Positions 9,613 to 16,486 of a stretch of DNA of 34,606 nucleotides are shown in pieces. A program made the position numbers and the translations under genes. Source of the DNA: a virus (taxonomy: Duplodnaviria > Caudoviricetes); the IMG/VR virus record IMGVR_UViG_3300037780_000102, positions 1-34,606 of that record; one strand, 5' to 3'. Each line of letters begins with the position of its first letter. Position 1 is the stretch's first letter. The notes beneath the pieces were generated by a model. That model had not been told where the DNA came from. It was given only the letters and a program-made list of their open reading frames with translations, and ran no database searches.

Positions 9613-9698
9613 GGATCATCGGCATCCCGGGACCACTTTCCGAATGTCAAAATCCGCGACATCACCATGTAACGTGTGTCATGAAGCACTGGTCCACG

Positions 9699-9711
9699 TA
9701 AGCTGTTGATA
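9699..9711 (-). promoter_or_regulatory. IHF consensus site
   Basis: Minus strand TATCAACAGCTTA matches WATCAANNNNTTR. Confidence 0.55.
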
Positions 9712-9872
9712 TTGCTCATGTTATCCACTGGTTCATAACACTCGTCAACGGACGGGGCGGGTTGAAAGCCGCGCCAGCTCTGGGCTCTCAAAATCCGACA
9801 CATCACCGCGCATCAACCTGTACACGCTGCAGCCCAGTATCCATGGGCCTATGCACGATTAGAAGCACAGAC

Positions 9873-10238
9873 GGGGACAGTTGGGAGGGTTCCAGAGGTT
9901 CACCGGGGGGATTTTTCGATAGTGCGAAATCACCAGATCTGAGTTTTTACCATATAACTGTCCCCACTGTCCCCACTTCTCTACAGCCCCCGTGGTATAA
10001 GGGATAGAGACGGTGTGTGTTGAAACCTGCAATGGTCCCCACTTGACCACCACACCCCTGTAACCCGCATGGATACTGGGCCCCAGGCGGGGCGGGTTAT
10101 TTCCGCAACAATGTCACCGGTTTCGAATCTCCTTGTAAATCAATAGCTTAGCACCGCTGAAACCTGGTTTCACTGCCATAACACACACCCTATGGGATGT
10201 CACACAGAATCACATATCCCGCCAATCTCGGGGACAGT
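9873..10238. repeat. Iteron-like 9-mer GGGGACAGT, 4 copies in both orientations
   Basis: GGGGACAGT at 9873-9881 and 10230-10238. ACTGTCCCC in tandem at 9957-9965 and 9966-9974. Partial GTCCCCACT at 10035-10043. Confidence 0.65.
10138..10150 (+). promoter_or_regulatory. IHF consensus site
   Basis: AATCAATAGCTTA matches WATCAANNNNTTR. Confidence 0.55.
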
Positions 10239-10314
10239 GGATGCAATTCTGGACACACTGCGACGAAACGAGTGATCTGTACGATGAAATTTTGACACAG
10301 ATCAAAATCAACGC

Positions 10315-10343
10315 TTGACACTAGTTCACAGTTCGTTCACAAT
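10315..10343 (+). promoter_or_regulatory. Early sigma70-like promoter
   Basis: TTGACA-N17-CACAAT, followed by the hairpin CGGGG-AATGG-CCCCG and an AGGAGG SD. Confidence 0.65.
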
Positions 10344-10401
10344 GGGCACCAAGAGATCGGGGAATGGCCCCGGCAGCAAGTAGCCCAGGAGGGCGGATCA
10401 C

Positions 10402-10554
10402 ATGACAGAACTTGAAATCAATGAGCTGAACGAGAAAGCTACACACAGTACACTGACACCGCTCGAAGAGCAGTGGCTCAAAGACAGCGTGGGTTTCATC
10501 GAGCAACTACAGATTGAACGTAACAAGGACGGCTGGAGCCCTTACTCAAAATGA
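10402..10554 (+). CDS. Hypothetical early protein (50 aa)
   Basis: Not in the ORF track. MTELEINELNEK...WSPYSK, AGGAGG SD, ATGA overlap with the next gene. Confidence 0.7.
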   Translation: MTELEINELNEKATHSTLTPLEEQWLKDSVGFIEQLQIERNKDGWSPYSK

Positions 10555-10778
10555 ACGACCTGATCTGGAGGAAAATTGAATCGGGTTGGTATTGCGCCCA
10601 GTGGCCTGATGCAGATTCTTTTCTTCACATCAGAGGTGGCTCACGGCAGGGATGGAACATTCACCTATCTGAGGAAGAGCTAGATTGGCGCGGTTTCCTG
10701 ATAGCAGCATGCATTGAAACCCTTATCGACGCAAAGATTGAAGCCGGTGAATACCGCAGAAAAATAACATCACGATAG
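10551..10778 (+). CDS. Hypothetical early protein
   Basis: 75 aa, coupled to the previous ORF. Its TAG stop overlaps hammerhead 1. Confidence 0.7.
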   Translation: MNDLIWRKIESGWYCAQWPDADSFLHIRGGSRQGWNIHLSEEELDWRGFLIAACIETLIDAKIEAGEYRRKITSR

Positions 10779-10838
10779 TCGAAACCCGGGCAACCGGGTC
10801 TGCAGGATCTGCCCCACCTGCACTGATGAGACAGGGCG
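10778..10838 (+). ncRNA. Type II hammerhead ribozyme 1 (predicted cleavage after C10800)
   Basis: GTC-GAAAC-CCGG(GCAA)CCGG-GTC^-TGCAGG(ATCTGCCCCA)CCTGCA-CTGATGA-GAC. Loop I GCCC can pair with the 3' tail GGGC. Confidence 0.93.
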
Positions 10839-10856
10839 AACAATGGAGATAGTCAC

Positions 10857-11216
10857 ATGAAATATTTCGTACACAATGCCGGGGGTCGAGCCTGGGCGTT
10901 CAACAAGAGCCTCCTGGAAGCACTACGCACAGCACGTGCTGTACCCGAGCAACGCCTGGACGCGAACATCGAGGCCGCAGAGTGTGTCTTCATCGATGGG
11001 GTGAAGGGCGAGAAGGAAGCGAACCTCTACGTTGCCGAGTGCAACCAGAACCACCAGGACTACCAGCCCCCGAGCGTCACTGTGACAGTGATCGCTGTCG
11101 AGGATGATGTGGAGCTGCTGGAAGCACTACGCTCAGCAAGTTTCATCCGGCACGCGGTTGGCCGGTTCAAGATCAGCATTGAACCCAGCGGTCGGATTCA
11201 CTTTCTGAAAGCATAG
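10857..11216 (+). CDS. Hypothetical early protein (between ribozymes 1 and 2)
   Basis: 119 aa. GGAGATAGTCAC-ATG start. Its TAG stop overlaps hammerhead 2. Confidence 0.8.
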   Translation: MKYFVHNAGGRAWAFNKSLLEALRTARAVPEQRLDANIEAAECVFIDGVKGEKEANLYVAECNQNHQDYQPPSVTVTVIAVEDDVELLEALRSASFIRHAVGRFKISIEPSGRIHFLKA

Positions 11217-11280
11217 TCGAAACGGGTCACCTGACCCGTCTGCCGGACCCCGATCCTCCCGGCACTGATGAGACAGGATC
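11216..11280 (+). ncRNA. Type II hammerhead ribozyme 2 (predicted cleavage after C11240)
   Basis: GTC-GAAAC-GGGTC(ACCT)GACCC-GTC^-TGCCGG(ACCCCGATCCTC)CCGGCA-CTGATGA-GAC. Loop I GATCCT can pair with the 3' tail AGGATC. Confidence 0.93.
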
Positions 11281-11297
11281 ATAAAGGAGATAGTCAC

Positions 11298-11669
11298 ATG
11301 AGCATTGAACTCAAGAATAAAGTGAAAGACGGTTCACCATACACAGTCTCAGGATGGAGAGCAGAACTGCACGTGGACGGAGAGAAAATAGGCACCGTAG
11401 CGACCACACACGTGCGGGGCAAGTATGCTATAAACCTGGTCGATGATGAAACCAGACAGTGGTGCGAGATCCAGGGCGGTTACCGTTCCATCGCAGCAGG
11501 GATTGAAGAGAAGGTGGGCGCTGGAAGAATTTGGCTGAATAAAAAGCAGAAGCAGGTAATCCATGGGGCAACCCTGATTAAGAAGATCGAAAAGACAAAG
11601 CAAGAGATTGAATCTCGGGACAATCAATTGACCAAGCTACGAGCCGAATTAGATAAGTTACTGAAATAG
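11298..11669 (+). CDS. Hypothetical early protein with C-terminal coiled coil (between ribozymes 2 and 3)
   Basis: Start reassigned to ATG 11298 after AGGAGATAGTCAC, giving 123 aa. Its TAG stop overlaps hammerhead 3. Confidence 0.8.
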   Translation: MSIELKNKVKDGSPYTVSGWRAELHVDGEKIGTVATTHVRGKYAINLVDDETRQWCEIQGGYRSIAAGIEEKVGAGRIWLNKKQKQVIHGATLIKKIEKTKQEIESRDNQLTKLRAELDKLLK

Positions 11670-11732
11670 TCGAAACGCCCGGAGGGGCGTCGTGTGAGAG
11701 GTGGCACCTCCGCACCTGATGAGACAAGCCAC
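11669..11732 (+). ncRNA. Type II hammerhead ribozyme 3 (predicted cleavage after C11691)
   Basis: GTC-GAAAC-GCCC(GGAG)GGGC-GTC^-GTGTG-A-GAG(GTGGCAC)CTC-CGCAC-CTGATGA-GAC. Loop I GTGGC can pair with the 3' tail GCCAC. Confidence 0.92.
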
Positions 11733-11745
11733 AGGAGATAGTCAC

Positions 11746-11925
11746 ATGAGCATTGACAATTACACAGCGGTAGCAGTTGCTGAAGGCTTTGAAGAAGCTG
11801 AGAGTGAGGAGCAGATCATCGAAGCGTGGCAGCACTTGCACGATACCGGTCTGGCTTACCAGCTACAGGGTAGCTTCGGTCGCACGGCCCAACGACTGAT
11901 TGAAGAGGGGGTAATCACAGCATGA
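11746..11925 (+). CDS. Small conserved phage protein (59 aa)
   Basis: Start reassigned to ATG 11746. The AWQ.L.DTG....LQG.FGRTA..LIE.G motif is common in phage early genes. Confidence 0.8.
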   Translation: MSIDNYTAVAVAEGFEEAESEEQIIEAWQHLHDTGLAYQLQGSFGRTAQRLIEEGVITA

Positions 11926-12398
11926 GCACATTAAAACAGAGACCAGAATACGTGGCACAGATCAAGGCCAACCGGGAGCAGTTCGAGAAGGACCACCCGG
12001 GACTGGCTGACCGGATTCGCACACACAAGGGCGACAGGGGTTTCCTGTACAGCATGGCCCTGAGGCTGGAGCAACTGGGCAAGCTGACACCGAAGCAGGT
12101 CGAGGTTGCAGAGCGAATCCTCGGGACTGGCGAGAACCCTGTCGGCACCACTATCGACCAGTTCATCGAGCACCTGAACACCCTGGCGAACCGCGCCGGC
12201 GTGAGCTACCGGTTCACCGCCGCCAGGGGCAAGAAGTACACCAAGGTCGTCGGATCTGGCGCCTACTGCTTCATCGACGCCGAAGGTAACATTTACAAGG
12301 CGGAGTCATGGTCACGACCGGCCAAGGGTGTCCGCGCTAGACTGGCTACGCTGGACCTGAGGCAAGTAGACCTTTATACCAGCTGGTTGTATCGATGA
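11922..12398 (+). CDS. Hypothetical phage protein
   Basis: 158 aa. C-terminal GKKY.KV...YCFID..GNIYKA.SW..PAKGVR motif. ATGA overlap. Confidence 0.8.
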   Translation: MSTLKQRPEYVAQIKANREQFEKDHPGLADRIRTHKGDRGFLYSMALRLEQLGKLTPKQVEVAERILGTGENPVGTTIDQFIEHLNTLANRAGVSYRFTAARGKKYTKVVGSGAYCFIDAEGNIYKAESWSRPAKGVRARLATLDLRQVDLYTSWLYR

Positions 12399-12550
12399 AG
12401 TGGCTAGTGAAGGATTGCATCTGGACCCACGCCACGGTGATGGGTCATGGAGGGGACAGGAAAGTGCTCACCGATTGCAGAGGCAGTTTGAGAGAGTATA
12501 AAACACCTTACTGTGACCAATGTGGTCGTAGGGTGAAGGTTAAACGATAA
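12395..12550 (+). CDS. Small Cys-rich (zinc-ribbon-like) protein (51 aa)
   Basis: Not in the ORF track. MKWLVKDCIW...TDC...PYCDQCGRRVKVKR. ATGA overlap with the previous gene. Confidence 0.6.
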   Translation: MKWLVKDCIWTHATVMGHGGDRKVLTDCRGSLREYKTPYCDQCGRRVKVKR

Positions 12551-12601
12551 CCATGTGACCGGGCCAGGGACGGCCCAACTTAATCTGGGAGACATGACGC
12601 T

Positions 12602-12982
12602 ATGAAACAACCGCAACGATACGAACACACGCACTGCTCCGATGCATGCTTTGACATGGAGGCCAATCACGAGGGGGATTATGTTCTCTACGAGGACTAC
12701 AAGAAACTGGAGCAAAGCGTTAGTGGCTCTACTGAGGCAAAAATAATCTACTGTGACCTCTACACCGTGGATGGATACAAAGAGCACACCTGTGAAGACC
12801 ATGACCTCGGTGAGGTTGAACTTCCTGAGAAAATCGATGAGCTGATAATCATGACTGATGTGAATGGTCGATTGAACATCATGGTTAACGGCAAAGAGAT
12901 ATTCAATTCCAAAGATCACGAACTGCCCAGCCCATCCGAGTGCCAGGAGTGCGAGCTGACAATCAGGAGAAAAGAACCATGA
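12602..12982 (+). CDS. Hypothetical protein
   Basis: 126 aa, GGGAGA SD. N-terminal RY...ME...GDYV.YED motif shared with 13389..13733. Confidence 0.7.
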   Translation: MKQPQRYEHTHCSDACFDMEANHEGDYVLYEDYKKLEQSVSGSTEAKIIYCDLYTVDGYKEHTCEDHDLGEVELPEKIDELIIMTDVNGRLNIMVNGKEIFNSKDHELPSPSECQECELTIRRKEP

Positions 12983-13389
12983 AATCAATCATACACATTA
13001 ACAAGCACCACATCGCCGCCAACCTGAAGCACGGCACCAAGCTGCCGGTCATCACGGTGAAACAAGGCGGGCGTAACATAAAGTGCGACGAGGTCGAGAT
13101 CCTCGGCCCGAGCAAGGTGGTCCACTCACCCGACAAGCCGCTGAGCTGCGGCGCCAGGGTCTGGATCGAGACCGAAGCTGAGCTGAAGATCAAGCCGCGC
13201 CAGCTGACCCTGACCGCGATAGAGTACAGCGAACCCCACAGTGGGCTGTTTGACCTGTACTACAAGGGCCGGCTGCTGAAGGAGGCTCTACGAGGCTCTG
13301 AGGCATTCCGCTACGCACGGGACAAGGGCTACACTCGTGTGAAGTACGAGACCCTGTACCAAGGCACTCAGATCAAGGAGGTGGACTGA
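12979..13389 (+). CDS. Conserved hypothetical phage protein
   Basis: Start reassigned to ATG 12979 (AGGAG SD). IHIN.H.I..N and EI.GPS.V..SPDKPLSCGARVWIET motifs. Confidence 0.8.
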   Translation: MKSIIHINKHHIAANLKHGTKLPVITVKQGGRNIKCDEVEILGPSKVVHSPDKPLSCGARVWIETEAELKIKPRQLTLTAIEYSEPHSGLFDLYYKGRLLKEALRGSEAFRYARDKGYTRVKYETLYQGTQIKEVD

Positions 13390-13733
13390 TGGACATTAAA
13401 AGATACAGAACAATAGCTCAACCGGAATGGGCAATGGAGGAGAATACTCAGGGTGAGTACGTCCGGTACGAGGACATCAAGCACCTGCTGCCCGAACGTG
13501 AAATAGTTGGCGGAAAGGGAACAACAATAACTGCGACAGAGATCCTACAGCATATGGGTAGGAAGAAAGAGGGGTTCCTCCATCCTGGAGGCACAGCTAT
13601 TATTGAAGAGCGAGTGCGCAATCTGGAAGAGTTTGTCGGCGAGCTATTGGATACATCGGTTCACGGGCCGGGGTCGGAGATGCGAGCCAAGCGCTTTCGC
13701 GCCAGACTGCAAACCATACTTGACAAAGGGTAA
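13389..13733 (+). CDS. Hypothetical protein
   Basis: 114 aa. AGGAGG SD, TGATG overlap. Confidence 0.7.
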   Translation: MDIKRYRTIAQPEWAMEENTQGEYVRYEDIKHLLPEREIVGGKGTTITATEILQHMGRKKEGFLHPGGTAIIEERVRNLEEFVGELLDTSVHGPGSEMRAKRFRARLQTILDKG

Positions 13734-13748
13734 CAATTCATTCACAGT
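13720..13748 (+). promoter_or_regulatory. Internal sigma70-like promoter
   Basis: TTGACA-N17-CACAGT, the same layout as 10315-10343. Confidence 0.45.
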
Positions 13749-13774
13749 ACGCCGAAACTATGAGGTAGCTCACG

Positions 13775-14158
13775 ATGGAAAAGATCACAGTACGCATAGG
13801 CAGGCCCGGACCAAACTCGTCCAAGTGGACCAGTGTCACCGGGATGCCGAAGGAAACAAACCCTGGTCTTCGCTACAGCCAGGACCTGTTCTTCCTGGAG
13901 AAAGCGTTCCAGATCTCGCACAAGCGGGCCAAGGCTCTGATCGACAGGCTGGAATCGCAAACCCGCGCCACTTCCCAGACCATCACGGTGGTACTCACCC
14001 ACGAGCAGCTCGGTCGCTACGCAGCCATGCGCCGTTGCCCGGTTGACCTGTACAACTACTGGCTGGCGCCGAATGTGCGTGAGTATGAACCCGAGGTCGA
14101 GGAGGACGAGGAACCTGAGACCATTGAGCTACGCCCCGGTCGGAGGACTGTGCCGTGA
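13775..14158 (+). CDS. Hypothetical protein
   Basis: 127 aa, GAGGT SD. Confidence 0.7.
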   Translation: MEKITVRIGRPGPNSSKWTSVTGMPKETNPGLRYSQDLFFLEKAFQISHKRAKALIDRLESQTRATSQTITVVLTHEQLGRYAAMRRCPVDLYNYWLAPNVREYEPEVEEDEEPETIELRPGRRTVP

Positions 14159-14736
14159 TAAATAAACTACTGGTCAAAAAAATACTAGAGCAGTGCACCA
14201 GCTTTGACTGGTCACTACAGGGATTTGGTATGTTACGCCTGTACCTGGACGATGAGGTCAGACTTCATGTGTGGGACTCAAGGTACCGAGTAGAAAATGT
14301 ATCGATCATCCACACTCACCCGTGGAACTTTGAATCATTCATCATTGCCGGCGTCATGACTAACAGAATGTACGCTGAGCACCCCAACGCAATGAATGAG
14401 AATAACTTCTCACACTACAGGCAGAAAATTTTGACAGGGGAAAATGCCAAAGGTGTTGAACCCATTGAACCATGTCTGCTGGTGCCATCTGCCAATGACA
14501 CCTACACCGAAGGTAATCGTTATTTTCAGGACATGCAGATAGCCCATGAATCAGCGTATCATGACGGCACGGTGTCGATAGTTTCCAGGTCGAATAGAAC
14601 TGAGAACGATCACGCCTACACTTATTGGGACAAAGATTCAGGTATCAAAGGCTGGGTTTCAGCAGCACCGAGGAAAGCAACCGAAGAAGAAGTGGTTGAC
14701 ATCTGTTCCTACTCACTTGATCGATGGTTTTACTAA
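14155..14736 (+). CDS. Cupin-like hypothetical protein
   Basis: 193 aa. RLHVWD, IHTHPW.F.S and distal AHES motifs resemble a His-triad metal site. Confidence 0.6.
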   Translation: MINKLLVKKILEQCTSFDWSLQGFGMLRLYLDDEVRLHVWDSRYRVENVSIIHTHPWNFESFIIAGVMTNRMYAEHPNAMNENNFSHYRQKILTGENAKGVEPIEPCLLVPSANDTYTEGNRYFQDMQIAHESAYHDGTVSIVSRSNRTENDHAYTYWDKDSGIKGWVSAAPRKATEEEVVDICSYSLDRWFY

Positions 14737-14804
14737 TGAGACAGAAGACTAGCACCTATGAAGATCTGATCCTGTCTCCCACTAAACAACCAGAGGAACA
14801 AATC

Positions 14805-14984
14805 ATGAGCCTGACTGAAACCCATAACCACTGTAACTTCTGCGGCAAGCCACGCGCCGGAGGCTGGTGCATGGACAAGCTGTGCATCGGATCATTCGAC
14901 GGTGCCACCGAGCACTACCTGACCAACAAAGAGGGACACACGGAACCTCTTGATATCGGTGAGGAGGACTTGGAAGATGAGTGA
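14805..14984 (+). CDS. Small Cys-rich protein
   Basis: GAGGA SD before ATG 14805 (alternative ATG at 14736). CNFC...C....C. Confidence 0.55.
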   Translation: MSLTETHNHCNFCGKPRAGGWCMDKLCIGSFDGATEHYLTNKEGHTEPLDIGEEDLEDE

Positions 14985-15429
14985 ATTGCAGGAATTTAGA
15001 GACTTAGTGGAAATGCACATGGGGGCGAAGTGGTTAAAGGTTTTCGACAAACACACCAATACCACCCACCCTGCCGATGGTGAGCTGGTGGAAGAGCTTT
15101 GTATTGTAAAGCGTGTGCTGCAAGCTCAGATTGATAGTTGCGCTTCTCCGATGGATAGCTGCGCAGAGTGTGACAGATTTGCCCGCAGCATTGACGCAGT
15201 ATCAAAGGCCATCACCGCCCTACAGGGAGTGACGATTAGCCGGGAGTGTGCGGAAAACAGCCTTAACGTGGTGCGAAGTGTGCTAGAGGATTCCGAAGAG
15301 CGAATAAGAAAATTGGGGCCATTCAAGCAATATTCTGCCCGGACCAAGTATCGCCCTGTGCTGAAGGTGATTGAGGCTACAGAAAACGAACTGGCAAAAG
15401 CCCTGGAGCACTCCAATGAGTCAAGGTAG
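14977..15429 (+). CDS. Hypothetical protein
   Basis: GAGGAGG SD before ATG 14977. Confidence 0.65.
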   Translation: MSELQEFRDLVEMHMGAKWLKVFDKHTNTTHPADGELVEELCIVKRVLQAQIDSCASPMDSCAECDRFARSIDAVSKAITALQGVTISRECAENSLNVVRSVLEDSEERIRKLGPFKQYSARTKYRPVLKVIEATENELAKALEHSNESR

Positions 15430-15628
15430 ACTTAACCCGGCAATCGCTGACGCACTGGTCACAGGGTCTGTGAGCCTGAACAAATCGTTCTCCCACAGGC
15501 ACCAGAAATTCAGGAACGGTAGTCACGACAGTCGGATGAACTCCTTCCCCACTTGTGAACAGTGCGGAAGACCCAGTGTGAAATCGACGTGTAAGAAGTG
15601 TGAGGACGAGGAGTATGATTTTGATTAG
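15416..15628 (+). CDS. Small zinc-finger-like protein
   Basis: GGAG SD. CEQC...CKKC. Confidence 0.55.
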   Translation: MSQGRLNPAIADALVTGSVSLNKSFSHRHQKFRNGSHDSRMNSFPTCEQCGRPSVKSTCKKCEDEEYDFD

Positions 15629-15713
15629 ATTACTACTACCCCTGCTGTTCCTGACCGCTTGTTCCACCGTGCCGTATACCCTGCCCGTATCGGGGGTAGA
15701 ATATGCGTACTGA
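15615..15713 (+). CDS. Tiny predicted lipoprotein (32 aa)
   Basis: Not in the ORF track. MILIRLLLPLLFLTAC-STVPYTLPVSGVEYAY, lipobox LTAC, GAGGA SD. Overlaps both neighbours. Confidence 0.55.
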   Translation: MILIRLLLPLLFLTACSTVPYTLPVSGVEYAY

Positions 15714-15927
15714 CAGGATGAAGATAATCACCCGGCGGACTGTCATCTGTGCCTACACCGGTGAGATCCAACACCACCAGAATATTCACGCCGTCGAGAG
15801 AGTGCCGGCGCACAGGGTGAGACGTTGGCGCAGGAGAGTGGGGCGTGCGTTCCCCATGATGTTGCGAATGTTCTACCCACGAACTGTTTCAGGAAGGAGA
15901 TTCAGAGATGTCAGAAGAAAAGTGTGA
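15703..15927 (+). CDS. Arg-rich hypothetical protein
   Basis: 74 aa, fills the gap before the HD gene. Confidence 0.5.
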   Translation: MRTDRMKIITRRTVICAYTGEIQHHQNIHAVERVPAHRVRRWRRRVGRAFPMMLRMFYPRTVSGRRFRDVRRKV

Positions 15928-16486
15928 ATGCACCTCGGTGTTGACTTACCCGGGCGGCAACATTGTCGACCTTGCTAACCCGGACCCGGACACTATTGTC
16001 CTGGATGACATAGCTCACCACCTGAGTATGCTCTGTCGTTTCACGGGTGCAGTGAGCGAGTTCTACTCCGTGGCCCAGCACAGTATCTATGTTATGACGC
16101 TGATCGCAAGATCTTATGACGACAAGAAACTCTGGCGCACAGCCCTCTTTCACGACGCCCCCGAGTACGTCACGGGGGACTGCAATAAGCCGTTCAAACT
16201 AATGCTGGGCGACGGCTACAAGGAAGTGGAAGATCGGATCTACTCGGTGATGGCGGAGAAGTTTGACCTGTATGACCCGATACCTACTCAGATAAAAATT
16301 GCCGATCAGCAGACTTATGTCAGGGAGCGAATCGATATAGCTAACTCAGTGAACATTTTCGAGGACGGAAGGCATGACAAGTACAAGGATGTAGAGGTGC
16401 CGGGTCTCCCACTTCTCGCGGGTTTCAGCCACAGTTACTGGGCCGACTATTTTAGAATGCACGCAAGATCTCTGGGAGTGGAATGA
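15908..16486 (+). CDS. HD-domain phosphohydrolase (YfbR/YfdR-like 5'-deoxynucleotidase)
   Basis: 192 aa. DIAHHLS..CRF.G, YSVAQHS, ALFHDAPEY..GD and K.AD motifs. Confidence 0.88.
   Translation: MSEEKCECTSVLTYPGGNIVDLANPDPDTIVLDDIAHHLSMLCRFTGAVSEFYSVAQHSIYVMTLIARSYDDKKLWRTALFHDAPEYVTGDCNKPFKLMLGDGYKEVEDRIYSVMAEKFDLYDPIPTQIKIADQQTYVRERIDIANSVNIFEDGRHDKYKDVEVPGLPLLAGFSHSYWADYFRMHARSLGVE

Noticed and set aside
9398-10053. ORF-track calls in the control region
   Set aside because: No SD or recognisable motifs, and they overlap the promoter and repeat elements.
11268-11297. ORF-track starts at 11268 and 11701 inside the ribozymes
   Set aside because: They lack an SD, and the shared GGAGATAGTCAC-ATG starts at 11298 and 11746 are better supported.
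10774-11756. Repeats read as a CRISPR array or as terminators
   Set aside because: Spacing is about 440-450 bp with whole ORFs between, there are no U-tracts, and the conserved bases match the hammerhead core.
14733-14744. CTAATGAGACAG, an 11/12 match to the ribozyme 3' core, at a gene junction
   Set aside because: The essential G5 is A, and there is no upstream GTCGAAAC or stems I and III. At most a remnant, more likely just a TAATG overlap.
15908-16486. HD protein as DatZ of a 2-aminoadenine (Z-genome) pathway
   Set aside because: No PurZ- or MazZ-like gene in the window, and the motifs fit generic YfbR/YfdR-like phage HD proteins.
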